Shown here one piece after another: positions 33,644-44,467 of a DNA stretch of 64,000 bases. Location: assembly GCA_963743915.1 (NCBI GenBank), contig CAVURN010000005.1, positions 96,001 through 160,000 on the forward strand, read 5' to 3'. This DNA comes from an uncultured Actinomycetota bacterium. Its GTDB lineage: Bacteria > Actinomycetota > Actinomycetes > JAHEKZ01. A model generated the notes under the pieces. The model was not told where the DNA came from. It did no database searches and saw only the letters and a list, made by a program, of their open reading frames with translations. Each line of letters opens with the position of its first letter. The stretch's first letter is position 1. Made by a program: the position numbers and the translations under genes.

Positions 33644-34673
33644 TCAGATCCACCCGGTCTCGGTGAGGAGTGCGAGCGTTCCCTCGAGGTCGGTCAGCTC
33701 GGACAGTGGCACGTCCGGGCCCTGCAGGGTGCGAAGCTTCGGCAGGCCGGGGTGCGCCTGGACACCAGCGACCAGTGGGTACTCCTGGGTCACGTCCACG
33801 AAGTACTCCTGGCTCTCCTCGGTCAGCAAGAACTCGACCAGCTCTGTCGCCAGCTCGCTGTCCTCGGCGGTCTCGAGGACACCGACCCCGGCAACGTTCA
33901 CCAACGACCCAGGGTCGCCTGACGCGAAGAAGCCGAGCTCCGCGGTCATGGCGTCCTCACCGACCTCGGCCGCCTTCTGGAACCAGTAGTAGTGGTTGAT
34001 CAACCCGAGGTCGATCTCGCCGCCGTCGACGGCGTCGAGGATGTAGGTGTTGGCCTCGTAGGCAACGGCGCCGTTGGCCTTGAGATCGATCAGCCACCGG
34101 CGTGTGGCGTCTTCGCCCGCGGAGACGCGCATCGCCGTGATGAACGCCTGGAACGAGGCATTGGTGGGGGCGATGGCCACACGATCGCGCCACATCGGGT
34201 CTGTGAGCTCGAAGACACTGTCCGGGAGCTCGCTGTCGCTGACCGCCCCCGGGTCGTAGGCGTAGACCCGGGCCCGTCCCGACGTTCCGATCCATCGACC
34301 GTCCGGGGCGCGGTACTCGGCGGGCACCGCATCGAGGACCGTGGGCGGCAGGTCGACGAGCAGGCCCTCGTCGTCGACCGCGCTCAGCGCGCCGGCGTCC
34401 TGGGCCCAGAACAGGTCCGCCGGGCTGGCGTCACCCTCCTCGAGCAGCTGCACCGCCAGCTCGGCCGTGTCGCCGTAGCGGACGCTCACCGTGGTCCCGG
34501 TTGCCTCCTCGAACTGATCCACGAGAGGACCTACTTGCTCCTCGGCACGGCCGGAGTAGACGACCAGGTCGGCGTCCTCGCCCCGAACCTCCCTCGGTCG
34601 TGCACGCAGCCAGAGCGGCCACGAGCGGCCCGGCGACGGCTACCACCGCAAGGGTTCGGACATTCAGACTCAT
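33644..34673 (-). CDS. Fe3+ ABC substrate-binding lipoprotein (frameshifted near 34580-34530)
   Basis: Lipobox LAAC, YSGR, EGDASPADLF, INHYYW iron-ligand motif. Confidence 0.88.
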
Positions 34674-34705
34674 CGGGTCTCCCGGTGTCGCGAGCCCCGT
34701 CCGGC

Positions 34706-34730
34706 CCGACTTAGGCATACCTTACTTAGG
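34706..34730. promoter_or_regulatory. IdeR/DtxR-type iron box
   Basis: TTAGGCATACCTTACTTAG resembles TTAGGTTAGGCTAACCTAA; directly upstream of the iron ABC operon. Confidence 0.75.
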
Positions 34731-34735
34731 GGACC

Positions 34736-36955
34736 CTACCTTTCGACGCGGGCCTCGGCCGGCTCGACGAGCACCAGCCGCTGGGTGGGGCGGGTCATGG
34801 CCACGAAGAGGGCCCGTGCGCCATGGGAGCCCTCAGCCGCGATCGCGGCCGGGTCGACCACGACGACCCGGTCGAACTCCAGCCCCTTCGCCTGCTCGGC
34901 CGTCAGCACCACCAACGGACTCAGCAGGACGTCGTCGACCACCGGGATCCACGGCGCCAGAAGCTCCCTGACCGTCGGGTTCTCGCGCGCGGACGTGATG
35001 ACGGCGACCCTGCCCTCCCCGACCTGTTGCACCTCACTGGCGACCAGGGAGGTCAGATCCCCCGGATCGGCGAGCTCGACGCGGACCGGATCGTCACCCT
35101 CCCGGACGGAGGTGGGCGGGGTCGTCGGGTAGCCGGCCGCGTCGAGCATCGCGCATGCGTGCTCCATGACCCGTGCCGGCGTGCGGTAGTTGATGGTCAG
35201 GTCGCGGCGGGTCCAGGCGTCCCCGACGTGAGGGGACAACGCCTCGGCCCACGATCTCGACACCGCTGCCCCGGTCGCCTGTGCCATGTCACCCACCAGC
35301 GTGAACGACTTGCTCGGGCAACGGCGGATCAGCAGTCGCCACTGCATGGGGCTCAGCTCCTGCGCCTCGTCCACGATGACGTGGCCGTAGGACCAGGTGC
35401 GGTCACCGTAGGCGCGCTCAGCGACCGTGAACGAGGGACCCGTGGTCGCGAAGCGCTCAGCGAGCGCCTCTGCCGTCACGAGCTGACGGGCCCGACCTCC
35501 GATGGCCTCCAGCACCTCGCGGGCGTGGCGGACCTCCTCGGCGGCTGCGCGCTGCTCGCGGTGCGCCTCCGACGCCGAGGCCGCGTCGTCCTCACCCACG
35601 AGCTCTGCCACCTCGTCGAGGAGTGCGACGTCGGCTGCCGTCCAGCGTTCCTCGCGGCCGCGAAGCAGCAGTGCCCTGTCGTCGTTGCTCCATCCGGGCG
35701 TGGCGGCGAACAACCGCTCCGGGCTGGCGAACAGATCGGCCAGCACCTGCTCGGCGGCCAGCGGTGGCCAGGCGAGGTTGAGCTCGCGCCGGACGTCAAC
35801 GGCGTCGCGCAGGATCTCCTCGACGTACGAGCGGTCGACGGAGTCGGGGCTGTCGCCCGAAGCGTTCGCGTACAGGTCGATCAGGCTCTGCAGCATCGTG
35901 CGGACGAACGTGACCCGGGCTGCGTTGTGGGGTCGGCCGCCGCGTCGCGCGGTGTCGACTGCAGAACGTACGACGCGAGGGCGCAGCGGCAGCGTCAGGC
36001 TGCCGACCCGCAGCCGGCGTTCCTCCTGCGGTACCCGCACGCGCTGCCTCACCGCCCGCTCGAGGAGTTCGACCATGCGCAGGGAACCCTTCAGGGCTGC
36101 CGCTTGGTCGTCTTCCGAACCCGTGGCCTCGATTCCCGGGAAGAGCTGTGCAGGGGTGGCGGTCACGACGCCGGTCTCGCCCAGCGACGGCAGCACCTGC
36201 GAGATGTAGCGCAGGAACACCGGGCTGGGGCCGACCAGCAGGACGCCGCGCGACTCGAGGCGGTCCCGGTGGGTGTACAGCAGGTAGGCGGCACGGTGCA
36301 GGGCCACCGCCGTCTTGCCGGTTCCGGGTCCGCCCTGGACCACGAGCACTCCTTGCAGCGGGGCGCGCACGATCTCGTCCTGCTCGCTCTGGATCGTGGC
36401 GACGATGTCGCCCATCCGACCGGTGCGGTGCGCGTTGAGCGCCGCGAGCAGTGCGCCATCGGTGGTGAGCGTGGACGACTCTGAGGTGTGGGCCACCAGG
36501 TCGGGTCGCGCCTCGAAGGTGTCCAGGTCGAGCACGTCGTCGTAGATGGCCGTGACGCGTCGATGGTGTGTCTCCAGGTGGCGGCGGCGGACGACGCCCC
36601 CCGGGCGCAGGGAGGTGGCCTGGTAGAAGTCGCGGGCTGCCGGTGCACGCCAGTCGACGAGCAGCTGGGTCTGGTCGTCGTCGAAGAGGCCCAGACGTCC
36701 GATGTAGCGCGGTGCCCCGTCCACCATGTCGAGCCGTCCGAAACAGAGGCGCTCCTCGACCCCGTGCAGCTGGGTGAGCCGATCCTCGTACAGCGTCGCG
36801 AACGCGTCACGCTCCGACCGGGCCTGCGGGGTCCCACTCGCGCCCGCCCGACGCACCCGGCGCAGGTCGTCGTCGACGCGGGCCCGCAAGGCGTCCAGGC
36901 GTGCATACAGGACATCGACATGCTGCTGCTCAGCGTCGGTCTCGCTGATGCTCAC
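34736..36955 (-). CDS. helD: HelD family RNA polymerase recycling ATPase
   Basis: CFGRLD, YIGRLG, DWRAP, IVATIQ, GGPGTGKT, VDEAQE, KGLEFD. Confidence 0.9.
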   Translation of the reverse strand: MSISETDAEQQHVDVLYARLDALRARVDDDLRRVRRAGASGTPQARSERDAFATLYEDRLTQLHGVEERLCFGRLDMVDGAPRYIGRLGLFDDDQTQLLVDWRAPAARDFYQATSLRPGGVVRRRHLETHHRRVTAIYDDVLDLDTFEARPDLVAHTSESSTLTTDGALLAALNAHRTGRMGDIVATIQSEQDEIVRAPLQGVLVVQGGPGTGKTAVALHRAAYLLYTHRDRLESRGVLLVGPSPVFLRYISQVLPSLGETGVVTATPAQLFPGIEATGSEDDQAAALKGSLRMVELLERAVRQRVRVPQEERRLRVGSLTLPLRPRVVRSAVDTARRGGRPHNAARVTFVRTMLQSLIDLYANASGDSPDSVDRSYVEEILRDAVDVRRELNLAWPPLAAEQVLADLFASPERLFAATPGWSNDDRALLLRGREERWTAADVALLDEVAELVGEDDAASASEAHREQRAAAEEVRHAREVLEAIGGRARQLVTAEALAERFATTGPSFTVAERAYGDRTWSYGHVIVDEAQELSPMQWRLLIRRCPSKSFTLVGDMAQATGAAVSRSWAEALSPHVGDAWTRRDLTINYRTPARVMEHACAMLDAAGYPTTPPTSVREGDDPVRVELADPGDLTSLVASEVQQVGEGRVAVITSARENPTVRELLAPWIPVVDDVLLSPLVVLTAEQAKGLEFDRVVVVDPAAIAAEGSHGARALFVAMTRPTQRLVLVEPAEARVER

Positions 36956-37025
36956 GGGCGTCCTTCGGTCGGTGTCCCGGGCAGGGGAACAGGAAAGCCT
37001 ATCGTTCGACCATCGAGCGCCCCGA

Positions 37026-37075
37026 TCCGAGTACGTCGAGGAGTGATGGCTCCGAGTACGTCGAGGAGTGATGGC
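37026..37075. repeat. Perfect 25-bp tandem duplication TCCGAGTACGTCGAGGAGTGATGGC x2
   Basis: 37026-37050 is identical to 37051-37075. Confidence 0.95.
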
Positions 37076-37189
37076 GAAGCGCGTCGATCGCAGGAATCAC
37101 ACTCGGCGACGTGGAGCGTCATCCGGCGCCGCACTCGACAAGCTGTGGCGTCCACCAGCCCCGCACTCGGCGAGCCCGGCGGCGCAGGC

Positions 37190-38071
37190 TCACCCGGCGT
37201 CGCCGGTGATCGGCGGCTGTCGACTGGCGAGGGTGACACCGGTGCTCGCCAGGCTCACCATCACCAACGCCACGACCTCGGGGGCACCGAGACTCTGGTC
37301 GAGGATGAGATACCCAGAGATCGCGGCAGCCGCGGGCTGAAGGCTCATCAGGACGCCGAACACTCGCGTGGGGATCCGCCGAAGCGCGGTCAGCTCGAGG
37401 CCGTACGGGATGATCGTCGACATCAGCGCGACGGTCGAGACGCCGATGAGCAGGGACGGCTGATCGAGGACGGCCCCGGCCTGGCCGACTCCGAGCGGAG
37501 CGACGAGCAGTGCCGAGAACGCCAACGCGAGCGCCAGCCCGTCGACGCCGGGAAGCAGGCGGCCCACGCGGGCACTGGACAGGATGTATCCAGCCCAGAA
37601 CAGCCCTGCAGTGAAGGCGAGCACCAGGCCCAGAGGCTCGATCTCTCCCCCAGCCGCCTGAGCACCCAACAGGGCGACGCCACCACCGGCCAGCACGACC
37701 CACACCAGGTCGACCAGGCGTCTGGTCTGCACCAACGCCAACAGCAGCGGCCCCATGAACTCGACAGTGACCGCCACCCCCAGCGGAACGAGGTCGAGCG
37801 AGCTGTAGAAGACGAGGTTCATGCCCGCGAGGGCAGCACCCAGCAGCGCCGCCGCTCCCCACTGCCGACGCGTCCATGACCGGACGGGCGGACGGAGCAC
37901 GAGCAGCAGCACCGCAGCCGCGATGACGAGCCTGAGCCAGGCCGTGCCCGCCACTCCGAGATCGTCGAAGAGGGTGCGCGCGATGGCAGCGCCGGTCTGC
38001 ACACAGGCAATGGCCGTGACGACGAGGACCGGCGCGGGGACGCGATCGGTCACCGAGCGCTTCGTCGACAC
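37190..38071 (-). CDS. EamA/RhtA family DMT transporter (start uncertain)
   Basis: PLGVAVTVEFMGPL, IPYGLE, LMSLQPA. Confidence 0.9.
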   Translation of the reverse strand: MSTKRSVTDRVPAPVLVVTAIACVQTGAAIARTLFDDLGVAGTAWLRLVIAAAVLLLVLRPPVRSWTRRQWGAAALLGAALAGMNLVFYSSLDLVPLGVAVTVEFMGPLLLALVQTRRLVDLVWVVLAGGGVALLGAQAAGGEIEPLGLVLAFTAGLFWAGYILSSARVGRLLPGVDGLALALAFSALLVAPLGVGQAGAVLDQPSLLIGVSTVALMSTIIPYGLELTALRRIPTRVFGVLMSLQPAAAAISGYLILDQSLGAPEVVALVMVSLASTGVTLASRQPPITGDAG

Positions 38072-38209
38072 TCGCGTCACTTTACGCAGCCGGTGGGACA
38101 CCATGTTTCAGTTGTCGCTCGGGTGCACCGCAGGTGCAGGACCTCTGGTGGGATGCCAGTCGACAGCACGTCCGGCAGCTCATCTCCCCTCTCCCACCAG
38201 GAGCCACGC

Positions 38210-39514
38210 GTGACCACTCCCCCCTCGACCGCCCTGGTGGTCGGCGCCGGAATCATCGGCTGCTCGATCGCCCTCGAGCTCGCGCGCCGAGGGTGGCAGG
38301 TCACCGTGCTCGACAAGGGTTCGACGCCCGGGTGCGGGTCCACCAGCGCGTCCTCGGCGATGGTGCGGTTCAACTACGACAGCCTCCAGGAGACCGTGCT
38401 CGCGTGGGAGTCCCACGCGCGCTGGAACGACTGGGCCGGTCATCTCGGGGTCGTCGACCCGGCAGGGATGGCGACGTACGTCAAAACCGGGCTGCTCGTG
38501 CTGGACGGAGAGCTGCTGGACCGCCAGCTCGAGCTGGGCTTCATGGAGACTCTCGGCATCCCCTACGAGACCGTCGACGCGGACGAGATCCGGCGACGGT
38601 TCCCCGCGCTCGACCCGTCACGCCTCGGCCCCGCGTGCCGGGTCGAGGACGAGCACTTCTGGGACGACCCGACCGGCGAGATCGGCGGCTTCGTCCAGCC
38701 CGACTCCGGTTTCGTCAACGACGCGACCTTGGCGGCGCACAACCTGGCCCACGCTGCCGAGCACTTCGACGCCACTTTCCGCTGGCGGTCCACCGTGGTC
38801 GACGTCGTGCGTGACGAGGCCAGGGTTGCCGGCGTCCGCCTGGACGACGGCTCCGAGCTGCGCGCCTCCGTCGTCGTGAATGCCGCGGGTCCGTGGTCGG
38901 TGGCACTCAACACGATGGCGGGCGTGCTCGACGACTTCAGCACCTCGACCCGCGCCACCGAGCAGGAGGTCATCTCGGTACCGGCTCCTGCCGGGTTCGG
39001 GCTGGACGACGGTGGCACCGGCGTCCACGACCCCGACTTCGGCACCTACTTCCGGCCGCACCCCGGGGGGACCATCATCGTCGGCAGCTTCGAGGCACCG
39101 TGCGACCCGTTGATCCTCGTCGACGATGCCGACGAGGTCCGCTCGGCACCGTCGTCGGAGAACTGGGAGGTGCAGAGCCTCCGGCTCGCCCGTCGGCTCC
39201 CCGAGCTCCAGGTGCCGAGCCAGAAGTCGGGCATCGTGAGCGCCTACGACATCACCGACGACTGGATCCCGATCTACGACCGCACCTCGCTGCCGGGCTA
39301 CTACGTCGCTATCGGGACGAGCGGACACCAGTTCAAGGCTGCACCCTTCGTGGGGGTTGCCATGGCCACTCTTGTCGAGGCCGTCGAAGGTGGTCACGAC
39401 CACGACGCCGATCCGGTCGTCGTGCACGGTGAGTACACCGGCGTCGACCTCGAGCTCGGATTCTTCGCGCGACACCGGGAGGTCCACCTCCACCGCCAGC
39501 TGGATGCTTCGTGA
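38210..39514 (+). CDS. FAD-dependent oxidoreductase (sarcosine oxidase beta/DAO-like)
   Basis: GAGIIG, GSTSASS, NAAGPWS, GTSGHQFK. Confidence 0.88.
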   Translation: MTTPPSTALVVGAGIIGCSIALELARRGWQVTVLDKGSTPGCGSTSASSAMVRFNYDSLQETVLAWESHARWNDWAGHLGVVDPAGMATYVKTGLLVLDGELLDRQLELGFMETLGIPYETVDADEIRRRFPALDPSRLGPACRVEDEHFWDDPTGEIGGFVQPDSGFVNDATLAAHNLAHAAEHFDATFRWRSTVVDVVRDEARVAGVRLDDGSELRASVVVNAAGPWSVALNTMAGVLDDFSTSTRATEQEVISVPAPAGFGLDDGGTGVHDPDFGTYFRPHPGGTIIVGSFEAPCDPLILVDDADEVRSAPSSENWEVQSLRLARRLPELQVPSQKSGIVSAYDITDDWIPIYDRTSLPGYYVAIGTSGHQFKAAPFVGVAMATLVEAVEGGHDHDADPVVVHGEYTGVDLELGFFARHREVHLHRQLDAS

Positions 39515-41946
39515 AGGACCAGTACCAGGTCGTCGTCATCGGCGGCGGCATCGTCGGCTGCAGCGTCCTGTACCACCTGACCCTGCGCGGGCTCACCGAC
39601 GTCGCACTGCTCGAGCGTGGCGAGCTCACCGCAGGCTCCAGCTGGCACGCGGCCGGCGGGTTCCATGCCATCAACTCCGACCCGGTGATCGCGCGGCTGC
39701 AGGCCTACACCATCGGCATGTACCGGACCGTCGAGGAGGAGAGCGGGCAGAGCGCCGGCCTGCACCTCACCGGCGGCATCGAGCTGGCCGGGACGCCGGA
39801 ACGCGCGGAGTGGCTGAAGGCCGAGCTCGCCTGGCACCGGTACATGGGCAACGACGGCGCGCGGCTGATGACGCCGCAGGAGGCCGCCGAACAGGTTCCG
39901 ATCATCGACCCCGCCGGTCTCACCGGGGCGCTGTTCGACCCGCACGAGGGCCACCTCGACCCGCACGGGGCGACCCATGCCTACGCCGGTGCCGCCCGGA
40001 AGCGTGGTGCCGACGTGATCCAGCACACGCGCGTCCTGTCCATCTCACAGCGCGCCGACGGCGGGTGGCTGTTGGAGACCGAGCAGGGGGCGGTGGTCGC
40101 AGAGCATGTGGTGAACGCCGGCGGCCTCTGGGCCCGACAGGTGGGGCGCATGGTGGGGATCGAGCTGCCACTCATCCCGATGCAGCACCACTACCTGGTC
40201 ACCGAGGACGTGCCGGAAGTCGCCGCCCTCAGCGGCGTGATGCCGGCAGTCACCGACCTCGAGGGATTCACCTACCTGCAGCGCGAGCACGACGGGGTGC
40301 TGCTCGGTGTCTACGAGACCCATCCCCGTCACTGGCTGGCCGACGGTCCCGGGTGGGACTACGGCATGGAGCTGATCCCTGAGGAGATCGACCGCATCTC
40401 ACCGGAGCTGTCCATCGGGTTCGAGCGGTTCCCCGCACTGCAACGCGTGGGGATCAAGCGATGGGTGAACGGTGGCATCACGTTCACCCCGGACGGCAAC
40501 CCGCTGGTGGGCCCGGTGCCCGGACGCCACAACTTCTGGTCAGCCTGCGGCGTCATGGCGGGGTTCTCGCAGGGCGCCGGGATCGGGCTGGCGCTCGCCA
40601 ACTGGATCGTCGACGGAGACCCCGGAGACGACGTCTTCGGCATGGACCTCACGCGGTTCGGTCCCTACGCGACCGACGACGCATACCTGCGGTCCACCAC
40701 CGCGCAGTTCTATGCGCGGCGCTTCCTCATCGCCTACCCGAACGAGGAGCTCCCCGCAGGACGGCCCCTGAAGACGTCCCCGGTCCACCCCGATCTGGTG
40801 GAGGCCGGCGCCCACTTCAGCGTCGTCCACGGACTCGAGGTCGCCCAGTACTTCGCCCCGAGCCGTGACTTCGAGGAGATCCTGACCTGGCGCCGCTCGA
40901 ACGCGCATCCGATCGTCGGTGAGGAAGTGGCGGCCACGCGCACCGCTGCCGGTCTCTACGAGACCACCGCGTACGCGCGGTACGAGGTCACCGGCCCCGG
41001 TGCCGCCCAGTGGCTCGACCACCTGATGGCGTCGAGCCTCCCGATGGTGGGCCGGATCAAGCTCGCGCCGATGCTCAACGCACGCGGCCACCTGATGGGT
41101 GACCTGACGGTGAGCCGGCTCGCCGAGGAGCGCTTCTGGATCACCGGCTCGTACTACCTGCAGGAGTGGCACCAACGGTGGTTCGCCGAGCACCTGCCCT
41201 CCGACGGCAGCGTCCATCTCGCGAACCTCTGTGACGACTGGTGCGGGTTCTCGCTGTCCGGCCCATCGTCGCGAGACATCCTGGCCCAGCTCGTCGCGAT
41301 CGACCTCGACCATGCATCCGTACCGTTCCTGTCGGTCCGCGAGGCGACGGTGGCCGGCACCGACGCGGTACTCGGTCGCATCTCGCTCACCGGCGAGCTG
41401 GGATACGAGATCACCGTGCCCGCCGCCCAGCAAAGGGCGCTGCTCGCGGCCCTCCGTGAAGTGGGCGAGCCCCTCGGCATGCGCCTGATCGGGGATCGCG
41501 CCATCGACAGCCTGCGGCTCGAGAAGGGCTACGGCATCTGGTCGACGGAGTTCACCCAGGCCTACACCCCTGCGATGTCGGGTCTGGACCGGTTCGTCGA
41601 CTTCGACAAGCCGGACTTCATCGGTCGTGGGGCTGTGCTCGCCGCGCGCGAGTCCGAGCCGGCGCGTCGACTGGCCCTGCTGGCCATCGACTCGAGCGAC
41701 GCCGACGCCTCCGGCGACGAAGGGATCTGGCGCGAGGGTCGCCTGGTCGGGTTCACGACCTCCGGGGCCTACGGCCACCACGTGGGAGCGAGCCTGGCCC
41801 TCGGGTACGTCGACACGCAGCTGGTCGACGCCACCTCAGCCGGCACAGGGACTGACCTGGTCGTGGACGTCGTGGGAGAACCCCGTCCGGCGCGCATTCT
41901 GCCGGTGCCGCCCTTCGACCCGACCGGCGCTCGCCTGCGGTCCTGA
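39511..41946 (+). CDS. GcvT-family FAD dehydrogenase (dimethylglycine dehydrogenase-like)
   Basis: GGGIVG, GSSWHAAG (covalent FAD His), FTPDG, GELGYE, SLRLEKGY. Confidence 0.92.
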   Translation: MKDQYQVVVIGGGIVGCSVLYHLTLRGLTDVALLERGELTAGSSWHAAGGFHAINSDPVIARLQAYTIGMYRTVEEESGQSAGLHLTGGIELAGTPERAEWLKAELAWHRYMGNDGARLMTPQEAAEQVPIIDPAGLTGALFDPHEGHLDPHGATHAYAGAARKRGADVIQHTRVLSISQRADGGWLLETEQGAVVAEHVVNAGGLWARQVGRMVGIELPLIPMQHHYLVTEDVPEVAALSGVMPAVTDLEGFTYLQREHDGVLLGVYETHPRHWLADGPGWDYGMELIPEEIDRISPELSIGFERFPALQRVGIKRWVNGGITFTPDGNPLVGPVPGRHNFWSACGVMAGFSQGAGIGLALANWIVDGDPGDDVFGMDLTRFGPYATDDAYLRSTTAQFYARRFLIAYPNEELPAGRPLKTSPVHPDLVEAGAHFSVVHGLEVAQYFAPSRDFEEILTWRRSNAHPIVGEEVAATRTAAGLYETTAYARYEVTGPGAAQWLDHLMASSLPMVGRIKLAPMLNARGHLMGDLTVSRLAEERFWITGSYYLQEWHQRWFAEHLPSDGSVHLANLCDDWCGFSLSGPSSRDILAQLVAIDLDHASVPFLSVREATVAGTDAVLGRISLTGELGYEITVPAAQQRALLAALREVGEPLGMRLIGDRAIDSLRLEKGYGIWSTEFTQAYTPAMSGLDRFVDFDKPDFIGRGAVLAARESEPARRLALLAIDSSDADASGDEGIWREGRLVGFTTSGAYGHHVGASLALGYVDTQLVDATSAGTGTDLVVDVVGEPRPARILPVPPFDPTGARLRS

Positions 41947-41949
41947 GGC

Positions 41950-41986
41950 TCGCCGGGCATCATCCCGGGTGGGCGATGCCCGGCGA
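41950..41986 (+). terminator. Hairpin after the GcvT-family gene
   Basis: TCGCCGGGCATC ... GATGCCCGGCGA. Confidence 0.55.
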
Positions 41987-42041
41987 CCGGCGCGGGGTGT
42001 TGACTGTGATTAGTGCCTGACGTCGAACTGAGGGGGCCACC

Positions 42042-44402
42042 GTGTCCAGAGAGTTCCGCGGCAAGATCGCGCTCGACGTCAGGGATTCCGTCCCGGACTG
42101 GGAGCCTTACCTCGCCCCCAAGGCGGAGCCTGGTGCCCCCAACGTGCTCATGATCGTCTGGGACGACGTGGGGTTCGGGGCCATGGACGTGTTCGGCGGC
42201 CCCATCGAGACGCCCGACGATGCGTCGGATCGCGGATCGCGGGGTCCGGTTCACCAACTTCCACACCACCGCACTCTGCTCGCCGACGCGGGCTTCATTG
42301 CTCCTGACCGGCCGCAACGCGACCACCAACGGCATGGCCACCATCGCCGAGTTCGCCTCGGGCTTCCCCGGGCATCTCGACCCGGATCCCGTTCGGGAGC
42401 GGGTTCCTCTCCGAGGTTCTCGCCGAACGGGGCTACAACACCTACGCCGTGGGCAAGTGGCATCTCACACCCGGCGAGGAGTGCAACCAGGCGGCCTACA
42501 AAGGTCGGTGGCCGCTCGGTCGCGGTTTCGAGCGCTTCTACGGCTGGCTGGGCGGCGAGACCAACTGCTACTACCCCGACCTGATCCACGACAACCATCC
42601 CACCGAGCCGCCGTCCCGGCCCGAGGACGGCTACCACCTGGCGGACGACCTCTCGGACAAGGCCATCTCCTTCATCCAGGACGCCAAGGTCGTCGACCCG
42701 GACAAGCCCTTCTTCATGTACTTCGCACCCCAGGCCGGTCACGCCCCTCATCTGGTGCCGCTGGACTGGGCGGACCGCTACCGCGGGAAGTTCGACCAGG
42801 GATATGAGGCCATCAGGCCGGAGATCCTGGCCCGGCAGGTCGAGCTCGGCATCCTCCCCCCCGACACCGAGCTGTCCGCCCTCAATCCGCACGGGGAGCC
42901 GCAGCGCACGGGACCGGACGGTCAGCCTTGGCCGCTGCTCGACACGGTCCGCCCCTGGGAGTCGTTGTCTGCCGACGAGCAGCGTCTGTTCATCCGCATG
43001 GCCGAGGTCTTCGCCGGCTTCATCTCGTACCACGACGACCGACTGGGCGCGATCATCGACTTCCTCGAAGACTCCGGTGAAGCTGGACAACACGCTGATC
43101 GTGGTCGTCTCCGACAACGGATCGAGCGGCGAGGGCGGGCCGAACGGCTCGTTCAACGAGTGGCGCTTCTTCAACGGCGTCTTCGACACCGCCGAGGACA
43201 CCCTTGCCGCACCTCGACGAGCTGGGAACACCGGCCTCGAACAACCACTACAACACCGGCTGGGCATGGGCCTTCGACACACCGTTCCCCTACTGGAAGC
43301 GCTGGGCCGGCTTCGAGGGCGGCACCGCCGACGTGTGCCTGGTGTCGTGGCCCGAGAAGATCACTGCCCACGGCGAGCTGCGCGACCAGTACGTCCATGC
43401 CGTGGACGTCGTCCCCACGATCTACGACCTGCTCGACATCGAACCGCCCGAGGTGATCAACGGCCACCCCCAGCTGCCCGATCGAGGGCGAGAGCTTCGC
43501 GGACGCACTGCACGACGCGGATGCCCCCGCCAAGAGCACGCAGTTCTACGCGATGCTCGGTCAGCGCTCGATCTACCACGAGGGCTACCTCGCCTGCACC
43601 GTCCACCCGCCCCTCAGCAGCTGGGGCAACTTCGAGGCCGACGAGTGGGAGCTCTACCACCTGGCGTCGGACCGTTCGCAGTCGCACAACATCGCCCAGG
43701 ACGAGCCCGAGCGCCTCGAGTCGGCTCAAGTCGCTGTGGTTCTACGAGGCGGGACGGCTGAACGGGCTCCCCTGGACGACCGCTCGGCACTCGAGCAGGT
43801 GCTGGCCGAGCGTCCACGCGCCGCGGACCCCCGCGACCGGTACGTGTTCTACCCGCACTGCTCCGACGTCCCCGAGTCGGCCGGACCCATGATCGCCGGC
43901 CGCTCGTTCTCCATCGCGGCCGGTGTCGAGGTCGAAGCCGGAGCCGAAGGCGTGCTCTGGGCCGCCGGCGGTATCCCTGGCGGCCACAGCCTCTACCTCA
44001 AGGACGGACGGCTGCGTTACACCTTCAACTGGGTCGGCACGTTCCTGCAGGACGTCGTGTCCGAGCGCGAGGTGACGCCGGGGACGCACGTCCTGGCCGC
44101 CGACTTCGTCGTCACCGGCAAGAGTGACGAACCCCAAGATGCCCGGCGCCAAGGGCACCCTGACGCTCTACGTCGACGACGAGGTGGTCGGCAGCGAAGA
44201 GATCGTGACTCAACCCGGATACTTCTGCCTCACAGGGGACGGCATCTGTGTCGGGCGGGACAGCGCCTCCGCGGTGACACCGGAGTACGTCGCGCCGTTC
44301 GAGTTCCGCGGTGGGACGATCGACCGCGTGGTGGTAGACCTGTCCGGTGAGCGGTACGTCGACCACGAGGCAGAGGTGCGCACCTGGTTCGCACTCGACT
44401 GA
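42042..44402 (+). CDS. Arylsulfatase, Cys-type (multiple frameshifts)
   Basis: PNVLMIVWDDVG, formylglycine motif CSPTRASLL, GKWH, SDNG, HAVD, across several ORF pieces. Confidence 0.9.
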
Positions 44403-44467
44403 CCCGATCGACGGACCGAAGGGAGGCACCGGGGTGAGCCTCGCACATCCCACGCGCCTTTCACGTC

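Noticed and set aside
37026-37075. Repeat as a CRISPR array
   Set aside because: Only two adjacent copies, no spacer and no cas genes
36956-37190. HelD as rifamycin-resistance HelR
   Set aside because: No rifamycin-associated element (RAE) inverted repeat was recognised upstream
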